Shown here: positions 51,689-62,472 of the stretch, piece after piece
How the letters are laid out: each line of letters starts with the position of its first letter
How positions within the stretch are numbered: position 1 is the first letter of the stretch
Made by a program: the position numbers and the translations under genes
Notes under the pieces: model-generated
What the model saw: only the letters and a program-made list of their open reading frames with translations
What the model was told of the DNA's origin: nothing
Database searches by the model: none
Sequence record: MK234886
Origin: Escherichia phage AnYang
Strand: one strand, 5' to 3'
DNA length: 64,000 nucleotides

Positions 51689-52636
51689 TTAATAAAAATC
51701 AGCTACTGTAGCGGTTAGTTTAGACAAACCGGATTTAACGAAATAAGGATAAACTTTAGATTTCGAAGGTTTGTTATACGTATTATATCTTTCAGTAATT
51801 AAAGCAACAATATCATCTGGAATAAAGTCCATATCAATTAAGATTTGGTTTTCACAGAAACGTTCATATTGTTCTTCAGTAAGAAGTGTTTTAATTATAT
51901 CATGGTCATAATAATTAAGAGCAATTGCTTCAAGTTCCTTGGCACGAGTGCTAGGAGTACGTTCGCCTTCAACCATTGTCAACCAGTAATCACCACGAAC
52001 TTTAATACTCGCAACGTTATCTTTACGGTCGCCTTTAACTACTTTAGTTACACAATCAAGCAAGGCATCGCCAGATTTCGTTTTGACGAATTTTTTCTGC
52101 ATTGGAGACCATTGTTTTACCCCAGGGAATTTATGAAGTTGGGTAAAGTCACCATCCGAAGAACCGATCATAACAGGATGGCCTAAAGCCGTGAGGATGC
52201 GAGTCAATACAGCAATATGGTCATCAGCTTCGATTGTATCGATATTCATAACAATATAAGGCATGTTTTGTTCCAGTTCATCAACAATAATATGCATTGC
52301 AGTGAATAAACCTTCCCAATCAAATGGTGATTCGTCACGTGCCTTAGCACGGTTTTTCTTATAATAAGAAGAATAACGACGACGCCAATAACCTGATTTA
52401 GAGTTATCGACACAAATGATTAATTGGTTGTAACCTTGTTTTTTAAAGTCTTTAATGTTTTTCTTAATTGAATTCAACACGAGATGTCGAAGCATTGCTG
52501 TAGTTACTTTAGGAAATCCAGCATTTTCACCAAATTCTTGGAAAGCCGCAGCCATAATGATTTGGCTGAAGTCTAACAACAAGAATCCATCTTTTTGTTG
52601 GTCTTCTTCAGGAAGTAAAAAATCTAAATCGTTCAT
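51689..52636 (-). CDS. rnh: RNase H (5'-3' exonuclease / flap endonuclease)
   Basis: Extensive identity to T4 RNase H (SKSGYWRR, DEADDHIAVL, SSDGDFTQLHK, KQWSPM); start set at MNDLDF (RBS AGAGGT), the ORF opens at 52669. Confidence 0.93.
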   Translation of the reverse strand: MNDLDFLLPEEDQQKDGFLLLDFSQIIMAAAFQEFGENAGFPKVTTAMLRHLVLNSIKKNIKDFKKQGYNQLIICVDNSKSGYWRRRYSSYYKKNRAKARDESPFDWEGLFTAMHIIVDELEQNMPYIVMNIDTIEADDHIAVLTRILTALGHPVMIGSSDGDFTQLHKFPGVKQWSPMQKKFVKTKSGDALLDCVTKVVKGDRKDNVASIKVRGDYWLTMVEGERTPSTRAKELEAIALNYYDHDIIKTLLTEEQYERFCENQILIDMDFIPDDIVALITERYNTYNKPSKSKVYPYFVKSGLSKLTATVADFY

Positions 52637-52638
52637 AT

Positions 52639-52667
52639 GAACCTCTGTCCAATTAGTGTAGAGGTTC
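52639..52667 (-). promoter_or_regulatory. Stem-loop overlapping the rnh ribosome-binding site
   Basis: GAACCTCT...AGAGGTTC inverted repeat (8-bp stem); the 3' arm contains the rnh Shine-Dalgarno AGAGGT, ending 2 nt before the ATG. Confidence 0.45.
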
Positions 52668-52668
52668 A

Positions 52669-52696
52669 TTATATCATGACCCTAGAAGAAGTAAAC
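52669..52696 (-). promoter_or_regulatory. Early-type promoter upstream of rnh
   Basis: Minus strand: GTTTAC, 14 nt, TGaTATAAT. Confidence 0.5.
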
Positions 52697-52703
52697 ACTT
52701 TGC

Positions 52704-52711
52704 TATAAATA
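52704..52711 (+). promoter_or_regulatory. Late promoter box TATAAATA upstream of gene 34
   Basis: Exact TATAAATA about 33 nt upstream of the gp34 ATG. Confidence 0.6.
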
Positions 52712-52743
52712 GTTCTATACCCTGAAAACGAAAAGGAAATAAA

Positions 52744-55700
52744 ATGGCTGATATTTTAAAACCTGCATTCCGTGCTACATCCGGACTCGATGCTGCGGGC
52801 GAGAAAGTTATCAATGTTGCCAAAGCCGATTACAATGTATTAGATGATGGCGTCAACGTTGAATTCTTTATAGATGAGAACACCATCCAGGCGTACGACG
52901 AGACGCGCGGATATAAGAAAGGGTTTGCAGTAATCCATGACCAACGTATCTGGGTTTCTCAACGTGATATCGATGCTCCTGCAGGAACTTTTACTCCGGG
53001 CTATTGGACCGCTACCCGTACCGACCCTAAATGGATTACCGTAGCATCTCCTACACGCCAGCTGGCTTCCGGTGAATATATTGCGGTGGATTCCGCTGCT
53101 AGCTTTACTACATTTACCCTGCCTCCGAACCCTACTGATGGCGATACCGTTGTAATTAAAGATATTGGTGGACGTGTTGGTTATAACGAAATCAAGGTCC
53201 AATCTAGTTCTGCTCCTGGCGGCGGTAACCAGAAAATTGTTCGTTTTGGTAATCAGTTTACTGAGACCTTAATTACGAAGCCTTTTTCTTATAACATGAT
53301 TATCTTTGCTAACCGTCTTTGGCATTTCTGGGAAGCCGGTAATGAAGAACGTGGTATTCGGGTAGAACCGAACATGGCCCAGTTCCAATCACAAGCAGGT
53401 GATAACGTTCTTCGTCGTTATACTTCAGGTGCAGTAATTAAGTTTACCCTTCCTAAGTATGCGAACCAAGGCGATATGATTAAAACCGTTGATATTGATG
53501 GTTTAGGAAGTAAATTCCACTTAATCGTTGAAACGTTTGATGCTTCGTCTGCATTAGGTAAACCTGGTCAGCATAGCATGGAATTCCGTACCTCCGGTGA
53601 TGGATTCTTTGTTTATAACTCTACCGAAAAATTATGGTATGTTTGGGACGGCGACCGTCAAACTCGTTTACGTGTAATTCGTGACGATGTTGAGCTCTTG
53701 GCTAATGAAAGTGTTATTGTTTTTGGCCCTAATAATACAACGCCGCAGACGATTAATATCACATTACCCACAAGCGTAGCGCAGGGCGATACAATTAAAA
53801 TAGCGTTGAACTATCTTCGTAAAGCCCAGACAGTAAATATTAAGGCTGCTGTAGGAGACAAAATAGCTTCTTCGGTTCAATTGCTCCAGTTCCCTAAACG
53901 CTCTGAATATCCGCCGGATACTGAATGGGTTCTGAATGATGTGCTGACCTTCAATGGTAACTTGAGTTATACTCCTGTTATTGAGCTTAGCTATATTGAA
54001 GATTCTACTACAGATGCCAAATATTGGGTTGTGGCTCAGAACGTTCCTACTGTAGAACGTGTGGATTCTAAGGATGATTTAACCCGTGCTCGTCTTGGTG
54101 TTATTGCTCTAGCGTCACAGACCCAAGCAAACGTAGACCATGAAAATAATCCTGAAAAAGAACTGGCTATCACTCCACAGACTTTAGCCAATCGTGTAGC
54201 GACTGAATCACGTCGTGGTATTGCTCGTATTGCTACAACTGCTCAGGTAAACCAGAATACTGGATTTGCATTCCAGGACGATTTGATTATTTCTCCTAAG
54301 AAATTAAACGAACGTACTGCTACCGAAACTCGTCGTGGTGTAGCTGAAATTGCTACGCAACAGGAAACTGATGCAGGTGTTGATGATACAACCATTATCA
54401 CTCCTAAGAAGCTACAGACGCGCCAGGGAACTGAAACCCTGTCCGGTATAGTAAAATACGTATCCACCACAGGAACCACTCCTGCGACTTCTAGAGCAAC
54501 TGTAGGTACTAACGTTTATAATAAGAACACAACTACTTTGGTTATTTCTCCTAAAGCTTTAGACCAATATAAAGCTAACTACGAGAACCAAGGCGCTGTA
54601 TATCTTGCAACTGCCCCGGAAGTTAATGCTGGTACTACTAATCCTGGATTCCAGAATGCTGTAGTTACTCCTGAAATGTTACACCAACGTGTGGCCCTTG
54701 ATAGTCGTACAGGTTTAATTGAAATTGCTACGCAAGCAGAAACTGATACTGGAACTGATTATACTCGTGCGGTAACGCCTAAGACGTTAAATGATAGAAA
54801 GGCTACAGAGACTTTAACGGGTATTGCTCGTATTGGTACTCAAGTAGAATTTGATGCAGGTGTATTAGATAATGTTATTTCAACTCCGTTGAAAGTTAAA
54901 ACAAGATTTAATGATACTGCTAGAACTTCTGTCTCAGCAGCCAGTGGTTTGATTGAATCAGGAACCTTATGGAACCATTATACACTAGATATCCGTGAAG
55001 CAAGTAATACTCAACGTGGTACGGCTCGTTTGGCTACCCAAACTGAAGTTAATACTGGTACTGATGACAAAACAATCATCACTCCACTTAAGCTTCAAGC
55101 TAAAAAGGCTACCGAAAACGCTGAAGGTATTATCCAACTCGCTACTCAGGCCGAAGTTATTGATGGTACGGTAAGTAATAAAGCGTTTAGTCCTAAGCAT
55201 TACAAATATATCGTCCAACAGGAAAAATCCTGGGAAGCTACTTCTGCTCGTAGAGGATATGTTAAATTAACCACAGGTACAGCCACTTGGGAAGGTGACG
55301 ATACTAATGGTTCTGTTGCTAACCTAGCTAAATTTGAAGATAACGGCTTTGCTATTTCCCCTCTTCAAATGAACACTGCTTTAACTCATTATCTTCCGAT
55401 TAAAGGTAAGGCTTTTGACAGTGATAAATTAGATGGATTTGATTCTACGCAGTTTATTCGTCGTGATATAGCACAAGATATTAATGCTAATATGACATTT
55501 AAACAGCCTGTAAGAATTGAAAACACTTTAGCGGTCACCGGTGCGGTTAATTTGAGTGGCTCTGTTATTTCAAATAATACTACATTAACCGGTTCTACTA
55601 CAGTCAATAGCAATTCTACTATGGGTGCTTTGAATTACATTGAGTTCACTTCAGAATCTCAAGGTGCGGGTACTTGGAACTCTCAACACAATAGTAATGT

Positions 55701-56622
55701 TAAAGCTCCTGTATTTTTAAATATAACTACAGGTCCAGGCTCTTCTAAATACGTTCCTATCGTAAAGCAACGGTATAAAACTGGGACATTTAGTTTTGGT
55801 ACTTTAATAAATGAGTCCGAAGCAAGTCCGGACGAAGGTTCATTTGTATTGCATTATATTGATGAAGCCCAGACACAAAGAAGATGGACCTTCCGTAGAG
55901 ACGGTTCCCTACTTTTATCAGCAGGTGACTTAACTCTATACAATGGTAATGCTACTATTAATGGCGGGTTAAGTGTAACTAAAGCATCCGGTATTACTAC
56001 TACGGGATTGGTTGCTTCCTCTTCATCAAGATTTGATGGCAGTGTTGCAATTAATAATACATTAACTGTTCGAGACCCTTTGACAGCTAATGGTGGTTTA
56101 ACGGTTAATTCAAGAATTCGTTCACAAGGTACTAAACCTGCCGACCTTTATTCCAGAAAACCTAATGCAGATAATACCGGTTTCTGGTCCGTTGACGTTA
56201 ATGATTCAGCTACATATAATCAGTTCCCAGGTTATTTTAAAATGGTTGAAAAAACTAACGAAGTAACAGGACTGCCGTATTTGGTTCGTGGTGAAGAAGT
56301 TAAATCGCCTGGTACGTTAACTCAGTTCGGTAACACTCTGAATTCGCTTTACCAAGATTGGATTACCTATCCAAATACTGCAGACGGAAGCACTACTCGT
56401 TGGACTCGTACTTGGCAGCAAAATAAAAATGCTTGGTCTGGATTTGTTCAGGTATTTGATGGCGGTAACCCACCACAACCGTCCGATATCGGTGCTTTGC
56501 CTTCTGACAACGCTTCAATGAGTAACTTGACCATTCGTGATTGGTTACGTATCGGTAACGTACGTATGGTTCCGGACCCGGTAACTCGTTCTGTTAAATT
56601 CGAATGGATTGATACACCATAA
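52744..56622 (+). CDS. 34: Long tail fibre proximal subunit gp34
   Basis: 1292 aa (1289 in T4); long identical blocks (VQLLQFPKRSEYPP, NVPTVERVDS, ATETRRGVAEIATQQET, SDIGALPSDNA). Confidence 0.95.
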   Translation: MADILKPAFRATSGLDAAGEKVINVAKADYNVLDDGVNVEFFIDENTIQAYDETRGYKKGFAVIHDQRIWVSQRDIDAPAGTFTPGYWTATRTDPKWITVASPTRQLASGEYIAVDSAASFTTFTLPPNPTDGDTVVIKDIGGRVGYNEIKVQSSSAPGGGNQKIVRFGNQFTETLITKPFSYNMIIFANRLWHFWEAGNEERGIRVEPNMAQFQSQAGDNVLRRYTSGAVIKFTLPKYANQGDMIKTVDIDGLGSKFHLIVETFDASSALGKPGQHSMEFRTSGDGFFVYNSTEKLWYVWDGDRQTRLRVIRDDVELLANESVIVFGPNNTTPQTINITLPTSVAQGDTIKIALNYLRKAQTVNIKAAVGDKIASSVQLLQFPKRSEYPPDTEWVLNDVLTFNGNLSYTPVIELSYIEDSTTDAKYWVVAQNVPTVERVDSKDDLTRARLGVIALASQTQANVDHENNPEKELAITPQTLANRVATESRRGIARIATTAQVNQNTGFAFQDDLIISPKKLNERTATETRRGVAEIATQQETDAGVDDTTIITPKKLQTRQGTETLSGIVKYVSTTGTTPATSRATVGTNVYNKNTTTLVISPKALDQYKANYENQGAVYLATAPEVNAGTTNPGFQNAVVTPEMLHQRVALDSRTGLIEIATQAETDTGTDYTRAVTPKTLNDRKATETLTGIARIGTQVEFDAGVLDNVISTPLKVKTRFNDTARTSVSAASGLIESGTLWNHYTLDIREASNTQRGTARLATQTEVNTGTDDKTIITPLKLQAKKATENAEGIIQLATQAEVIDGTVSNKAFSPKHYKYIVQQEKSWEATSARRGYVKLTTGTATWEGDDTNGSVANLAKFEDNGFAISPLQMNTALTHYLPIKGKAFDSDKLDGFDSTQFIRRDIAQDINANMTFKQPVRIENTLAVTGAVNLSGSVISNNTTLTGSTTVNSNSTMGALNYIEFTSESQGAGTWNSQHNSNVKAPVFLNITTGPGSSKYVPIVKQRYKTGTFSFGTLINESEASPDEGSFVLHYIDEAQTQRRWTFRRDGSLLLSAGDLTLYNGNATINGGLSVTKASGITTTGLVASSSSRFDGSVAINNTLTVRDPLTANGGLTVNSRIRSQGTKPADLYSRKPNADNTGFWSVDVNDSATYNQFPGYFKMVEKTNEVTGLPYLVRGEEVKSPGTLTQFGNTLNSLYQDWITYPNTADGSTTRWTRTWQQNKNAWSGFVQVFDGGNPPQPSDIGALPSDNASMSNLTIRDWLRIGNVRMVPDPVTRSVKFEWIDTP

Positions 56623-56630
56623 GAGGTAAT

Positions 56631-57755
56631 ATGGAAAGATTTATGGCTGAATTTGGACAAGATTATGTTCAAATTCCTGTACTATCTGAAAATAATGCCG
56701 TTAGTTATAAACTTAGTATAGCAGGGAGCTGTACTAAGTCCACTAAAAAGGCTTATATCAAATTTCAAGATGAGGACTTCGGTCCTCAGAATTTCCAATC
56801 TGGCCTAAATTTGGTTGAAATAGACCCGACAAATAACACAATAGTAACTACAAAATCATACGCATTTACCAAAGACCATGATGTTATTTCCCAAGCGTTT
56901 ATAACTTATATTTCGTCTATACCTGCCGGTAGAATTGTTTGCTTTATTTCTTCCGGTAAATTAAACGCCTCACAGATATTAATTGATTGGTTTAGAGCTT
57001 CCGGTTCTGCAGCGTTTCCAGATAAATGGCTTATTGATAAAGTGGATACTTCTTATTCAGCTTTTTATGTTTCAGGAAGAAATGCTATTGTAATGGAACA
57101 TGTGCTTTATAACGATGGCGTTTTGGTAGAAGACGTTTCCACCCCATTAGAAGTCGTTTATGACAACTTTAATGATGTAGGAGGAACTGGGTTCCCTGTT
57201 AGAGTCGTTGAAGATGAAAACACTTACTATAGTGGAGCTACTCAAGAAATTAAAAGGTTTCCTACCGAATCCACTATAACTCCTTGTGCCGGTTATAATA
57301 TGGTTCCTGGAGATTTCTTTTATCTTAAATTCCAAATGACCTATGACCAGGCTTTAAAAGATTTAGGGACGACCCAGATGTCCATACGTTTTTTTAATGG
57401 TCAGGAAATGCTTCAATCCACTGATATCAATATTCCTGTAGGAGCGGGCTCTCCACCTGCAGGCGCATGGATGTCTTTTGAGCGCGTAATAGAAGTTCCG
57501 CCGAATGCTAATGGTTTTACATTATATTGTAGAAAAACTGTCTCAGGCGGAGTAGGAGGTGTTAGGAATGTTATGTTTGGTGAAATAGCTAGACCTGAAG
57601 ATACACCTAAATCCGCTGAAATTGGTGTTAATGGTATTCGTATGAGCTATGGTACCGAAACCCGTTCAATGGGTAATGTTATTGCACAATTGAATGATAA
57701 ATCATCTGGTAATGCAGGTAAAGTATTTGTTCAAGAATTTAAAGAAAAATATTAA
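56631..57755 (+). CDS. 35: Long tail fibre hinge connector gp35
   Basis: 374 aa ORF between 34 and 36 (372 in T4); assigned by synteny and size. Confidence 0.85.
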   Translation: MERFMAEFGQDYVQIPVLSENNAVSYKLSIAGSCTKSTKKAYIKFQDEDFGPQNFQSGLNLVEIDPTNNTIVTTKSYAFTKDHDVISQAFITYISSIPAGRIVCFISSGKLNASQILIDWFRASGSAAFPDKWLIDKVDTSYSAFYVSGRNAIVMEHVLYNDGVLVEDVSTPLEVVYDNFNDVGGTGFPVRVVEDENTYYSGATQEIKRFPTESTITPCAGYNMVPGDFFYLKFQMTYDQALKDLGTTQMSIRFFNGQEMLQSTDINIPVGAGSPPAGAWMSFERVIEVPPNANGFTLYCRKTVSGGVGGVRNVMFGEIARPEDTPKSAEIGVNGIRMSYGTETRSMGNVIAQLNDKSSGNAGKVFVQEFKEKY

Positions 57756-57777
57756 GGGACCTTACGGTCCCTTTTTG
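57756..57777 (+). terminator. Stem-loop terminator after gene 35
   Basis: GGGACC-ttac-GGTCCC hairpin followed by TTTTTG, directly after the gp35 stop. Confidence 0.65.
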
Positions 57778-57778
57778 C

Positions 57779-57786
57779 TATAAATA
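57779..57786 (+). promoter_or_regulatory. Late promoter box TATAAATA upstream of gene 36
   Basis: Exact TATAAATA about 26 nt upstream of the gp36 ATG. Confidence 0.6.
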
Positions 57787-57811
57787 CGTTATCTAATAAA
57801 GAGGAATAACT

Positions 57812-58459
57812 ATGGCTGATTTAAAATTAGGCTCAACTGCTGGAGGTTCCGTTATATGGCACCAAGGTAACTTTCCGTTGACGCCGGTATCAAATGATAT
57901 TTTATATAAGACCTACAAAATCTATACCGAATTTAATAAGCCTCAAGCCGCAGATAACGACTTTGTTTCTAAAGCAGCAGGTGGTTCTTACAAAGGGACT
58001 GTTAACTTTGAAAAGGGATTAATGTTTAATGATTCCACTGGTTATGGAATCAAACTTGGTGCAAGAAATGGCGGACAACCTTTTACTGCTTCATTTAAGA
58101 TTAAAGGGCCTTTTGGCTTTGAAACTGAAACAGGAACCCCGTTTGTAATCTTTGACCCAACCACTACGGTAGGAGCTAACCGACTTACTGTAATGGGTGA
58201 TATCCTAGGTCGTCAAATTAAAGACGAATCTGGAAGAGTATTTTCTCCAGGGAATACTCCTACTAAGGCCCAGGTGGGTTTAAGCGATGTAGATAACGCA
58301 AAACAGGTCCAAATAAATAATAGTAACATACAATCCATGGCTGGTGTTCTTTCAGCCCCGAATTTCATATCTAGGAACCCAGGAACATTGAACGAACACG
58401 TTCCTCGTATTGACCAGGTTGTTCTTAGAGGTACATCTGAAGATTTTGGATATTATTAA
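57812..58459 (+). CDS. 36: Long tail fibre distal connector gp36
   Basis: 215 aa ORF (221 in T4) between 35 and 37; MADLKLGSTAGGSVIWHQGNFPL is a gp36-type N-terminus. Confidence 0.88.
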   Translation: MADLKLGSTAGGSVIWHQGNFPLTPVSNDILYKTYKIYTEFNKPQAADNDFVSKAAGGSYKGTVNFEKGLMFNDSTGYGIKLGARNGGQPFTASFKIKGPFGFETETGTPFVIFDPTTTVGANRLTVMGDILGRQIKDESGRVFSPGNTPTKAQVGLSDVDNAKQVQINNSNIQSMAGVLSAPNFISRNPGTLNEHVPRIDQVVLRGTSEDFGYY

Positions 58460-58467
58460 GAGGCATT

Positions 58468-61400
58468 ATGGCTACTTTAAAATCGATACAATTTAAAAGA
58501 AGTAAAATAGCAGGAGCCAAGCCTACTGCAGCTCAGTTAGATGAAGGCGAACTGGCTATTAACTTGCGTGACCGCACTATTTTTACCAAGTCAGACCAGG
58601 GACAGATTATTGATTTAGGTTTTGCGAAGGGTGGAACTATTGATGGGGATGTTCTTCAAAACGGGACATTTAACCTTAACGGTAACCAATTTGTTTATGC
58701 CGGTAAATATATTGAATTTTTACCTAAGACTGCCGGTAACGGTGCCTGGGCTAACCAACATCTGAATAAAGCCCCTATCTTTACAGATTTGAGTTCAACT
58801 ACTTCAACTTCTGAATACCACCCTTTGATTAAGCAACGTTATAAAGACGGCACTTTTTCAGCAGGTACATTAGTAAGCGAAGGCAGTTTTAAATTCCATT
58901 ATATCAATGAAACGGGTGATTCAAAATATTGGACGTTTAATCGTAATGGTAGTTTTATTGTAGATAATGGCAATATTGAGGTCCGCGCAGGTAATATTAA
59001 CTCGGCCAATGGTGTTATCACTGGTCCTGAAATTGTTACTAAAAATATTAATTTCAGTACAAAACCCTTTGTAGCTAATGCCAACATCGGCTATGACTGG
59101 GTTTCTTTGCCCACCTGGGTTTATAACCCACCAGCTGATGGTTCTGATGATACTACTAACGGTTTAAACTATTTGCGTAAATTACGCGCATCAAGTGCAT
59201 CAAGTATTTTCCATGAAATTGCTGATTGTCGCAAAGGTAAGCCACAAGAAATTTCTTGGTGGACTGGTGTCGGTCCTTCGTCTTTCCAATGGGCTTTTGA
59301 TAACTCTGGACGTATTACTGCAGGTAAATCTATTTCTGTCGGTCTTCCTGATAATGGTGCAAATGGACGTTATCCACTTGAGTCTGCAATTTCTATTGGT
59401 ATTGCAATTGGTGATAACGATACTGGTATTAAATGGGTCCGTGACGGTGTTTATGACCTGATGGCTAATGGTATTTCATCTGCTACCATTTTGAATAACG
59501 GTATTAATAGCACTAAGAAATTGATGGTTGGTTATAGCCGTGATTCGGGTACTACATGGGATTTCCCAAATACCAACCAGGCTATGTTCACTGCACGTAC
59601 TGATGTTGATGGCAATAATAACGGTGATGGTCAGACTCATATCGGTTATAGCAGCAATGCCAAGATGTATCACTATTTCCGTGGCACGGGTCGTATGTCT
59701 GTTAGCATGGGTGATGGACTTCTTGTTGAGCCAGGTATTTTAGATATTAAAACCGGTACTAATACGTTATCTTTCCGCGCCGATGGTACCGTAGCTTCAA
59801 CACAAAGAACAAAATTTGATAATGGCCTAATGCTTAACTCTAATACCAGAAATGACGGTATTACATTTACTGCTGCTTCATCCATTGACGGCACTAAACA
59901 GATTTTATGGGAAGGCGGTACTCGAGCAGGTCAGAATAAGAGTTATGTAACTGTTAAAGCATGGGGTAATTCATTTAACGCCACTGGCGATAAATATCGT
60001 GAAACTGTATTTGAAGTTAGTGACGGGCAAGGATACCATTTTTATTCTCAACGGGGCGCGCCTACAAATGATGAAACTGTTGGCCCTGTATTAATGCAAA
60101 TTGCAGGTTCTTTAAATGCAAGAGGAACATTAAACACTGATAGCAATCTTTATGTGAAAGGATTAAGTACACATGAAGGTACCGTAACCATGAATAACGG
60201 CCTTCGCTTAACAGGCGGCGCTAATATAAGTGGCCAAGTTAAAATTGGCGGTGTTAATGATGCATTGAGAATTTGGAACGACCGATATGGTGCCGTTTTC
60301 CGTCGCTCAGAAACATCATTACATATTATCCCAACCAATGAAAATGAAGGGGAAAACGGTCCGATAAGCAACCTTCGTCCGTTTAGTATTGAATTAGGTA
60401 CCGGTGCCATTAATATAGGCCATTCTTTAATGATAGGCAACTCGGCACGCGCCGATGGCCTGTTGAATATTGATACCAAAGCATTCTTGATTACAATTAA
60501 CAGTCATTCGAAAATTAACCCTAACTATCGTATGGACCTGGAAAACGGTGCTTATATAAATGCTTTGATGGATTCAAATGGTCGTTCAGCTGGTGCAGGT
60601 TCATTTGCTTCCCAGAATAACGAAAACGTCCGCGCGCCATTTTATATGAATATCGACCGTGATGATACCAGCACTTATGTTCCTATGATAAAACAACGTT
60701 ATGTTCAGGGCAATGGTTGTTTTTCGATAGGTACTTTGCTTAATAACGGTAATTTCCGTGTTCATTACCATGCAGGCGGCGATGGTGGTTCTACCGGTGC
60801 TCAGATTGCTGATTACGGTTGGGAATTCACTAAATCCGGTGATTTTGTATCCCCTAAACGCGTTTCTGCTGGTGGTACAGTTTATCTTGGCACCGATGGT
60901 AATATTACGGGTGGTTCATTACCTAACTTTGCTAACTTGAACTTGACATTAGACCGTAAAGTCAATACCCGAATGGTTTCTTATTCAGGTACTGGCGGTT
61001 GGTATAAATTAGCCACTGTAACAATGCCACAATCCACTTCAACCGTCACATTCGAAATTGCTGGTGGAAATGGTTATAATATTAACACTCCACACCAATG
61101 CGTTACTTCGAAAATTGTTTTAAGAACTTCGAATAACAATCCGAAAGGTGTTAACGCGGTTGTTTGGTCGATGGATGTTGCTCAAGGTATTAAAAATGTC
61201 GCAACTGTTAATACATCAGGTGATGTTTATGACATTTATGTAAATGTAGGTACATATGCTCAGGCTCTAGCAGTTTCTTATTATGCTACTCCTAATGCAA
61301 CCATCAACCAGATATTTGCTTCAGATTCATCCGGCGCAACAGAAACTGCAGTTGAACTTCCAGCCGAGGCTATCCAAGGGGTGGTTGCTAGTGTTCTGAA

Positions 61401-62439
61401 TAACTTGGCTCCTACCCCGACCGGCGTGAAGCGTTATGAAGCTGATTCCGAAATAGCTATTAACAACCAAACCGGTATTCGTATCAGAAGTAACTACGAT
61501 AAAGCGGGTTCTAATGCTTTAATGATGCGAAATGATGGTGGAAGTTTTTATATTCTTATAACTGATAAAAACGCAACCGATGGCGCTGCAACAGTTAACG
61601 GTGATTGGAACTCATTGCGTCCTTTTACAATAAGCATGACTACCGGTGAAGTATCAATGAATAATGGTACAATTCATCGTGGTTCCTCTTTGTTCTACAA
61701 TGGCATAAACGTCAAAGATAACGGTTCGATTAACTTTGATAAATCAGGCGCAAACCCGAGAAACATGCGTATATTCCATGCTGGTGATGGCACACGCGGA
61801 AACCGTATTGAAATTGCTGATGACTCAAGCTATATTGTTTATTTCGAAAAAACTCCGGCCGGAGCAAACCGTTCTTCATATAATAGCTGCGAAGTTAACG
61901 GTATAACTACCCTTAGCGTCGGAACTAAGATTAACACCCCACAAATTGGAGCATTTGGTGTCAATACAACAAATGGATGGGGTGGTAACTCCATTGCAAT
62001 TGGTGATAGCGATACAGGTTTCAGACAAGTTGGTGATGGTCTTTTAGAAGCTTGGGCTAACAACGTTAAAGTTGTACGTTTTACTTCTAGTGAAGTATAC
62101 TCCGAGAAAAACGTCAATGCTCCTAACGTTTATATTCGTTCTGATATCAGATTGAAATCAAACTTCAAGCCTATTGAAAATGCTCTTGAAAAGGTTGAAC
62201 AGCTCGACGGTTTAATCTATGATAAAGCAGAGTATATTGGCGGTGAAGCGGTTCAAACTGAAGCAGGTGTTATTGCTCAGAAACTTAAAGAAGTATTACC
62301 TGAAGCAGTGCATGAATCTTTAGATTCGCAGGAAAATATGGTTCTGACAGTTTCGACTCAGGCACAAGTTGCTCTGTTAATTGAAGCAGTTAAAACCCTG
62401 TCGGCTAAAGTTAGAGAACTTGAAGCTAAATTAAATTAA
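58468..62439 (+). CDS. 37: Long tail fibre distal subunit gp37 with a C-terminal intramolecular-chaperone-like domain
   Basis: 1323 aa; conserved gp37 N-terminus (MATLKSIQFKRSKIAGAKPTAAQLDEGELAINLRDRTIFTK); C-terminal about 100 aa carry SDIRLK and a coiled-coil tail typical of the auto-cleaving chaperone domain of tail spikes/fibres. Confidence 0.92.
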   Translation: MATLKSIQFKRSKIAGAKPTAAQLDEGELAINLRDRTIFTKSDQGQIIDLGFAKGGTIDGDVLQNGTFNLNGNQFVYAGKYIEFLPKTAGNGAWANQHLNKAPIFTDLSSTTSTSEYHPLIKQRYKDGTFSAGTLVSEGSFKFHYINETGDSKYWTFNRNGSFIVDNGNIEVRAGNINSANGVITGPEIVTKNINFSTKPFVANANIGYDWVSLPTWVYNPPADGSDDTTNGLNYLRKLRASSASSIFHEIADCRKGKPQEISWWTGVGPSSFQWAFDNSGRITAGKSISVGLPDNGANGRYPLESAISIGIAIGDNDTGIKWVRDGVYDLMANGISSATILNNGINSTKKLMVGYSRDSGTTWDFPNTNQAMFTARTDVDGNNNGDGQTHIGYSSNAKMYHYFRGTGRMSVSMGDGLLVEPGILDIKTGTNTLSFRADGTVASTQRTKFDNGLMLNSNTRNDGITFTAASSIDGTKQILWEGGTRAGQNKSYVTVKAWGNSFNATGDKYRETVFEVSDGQGYHFYSQRGAPTNDETVGPVLMQIAGSLNARGTLNTDSNLYVKGLSTHEGTVTMNNGLRLTGGANISGQVKIGGVNDALRIWNDRYGAVFRRSETSLHIIPTNENEGENGPISNLRPFSIELGTGAINIGHSLMIGNSARADGLLNIDTKAFLITINSHSKINPNYRMDLENGAYINALMDSNGRSAGAGSFASQNNENVRAPFYMNIDRDDTSTYVPMIKQRYVQGNGCFSIGTLLNNGNFRVHYHAGGDGGSTGAQIADYGWEFTKSGDFVSPKRVSAGGTVYLGTDGNITGGSLPNFANLNLTLDRKVNTRMVSYSGTGGWYKLATVTMPQSTSTVTFEIAGGNGYNINTPHQCVTSKIVLRTSNNNPKGVNAVVWSMDVAQGIKNVATVNTSGDVYDIYVNVGTYAQALAVSYYATPNATINQIFASDSSGATETAVELPAEAIQGVVASVLNNLAPTPTGVKRYEADSEIAINNQTGIRIRSNYDKAGSNALMMRNDGGSFYILITDKNATDGAATVNGDWNSLRPFTISMTTGEVSMNNGTIHRGSSLFYNGINVKDNGSINFDKSGANPRNMRIFHAGDGTRGNRIEIADDSSYIVYFEKTPAGANRSSYNSCEVNGITTLSVGTKINTPQIGAFGVNTTNGWGGNSIAIGDSDTGFRQVGDGLLEAWANNVKVVRFTSSEVYSEKNVNAPNVYIRSDIRLKSNFKPIENALEKVEQLDGLIYDKAEYIGGEAVQTEAGVIAQKLKEVLPEAVHESLDSQENMVLTVSTQAQVALLIEAVKTLSAKVRELEAKLN

Positions 62440-62443
62440 GAAA

Positions 62444-62465
62444 AGGGCCTTCGGCCCTCTAAGGA
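62444..62465 (+). terminator. Stem-loop (partial terminator or attenuator) between genes 37 and 38
   Basis: GGGCC-ttc-GGCCC hairpin followed by a T-run, just before the gp38 start. Confidence 0.45.
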
Positions 62466-62472
62466 TTTTTTA

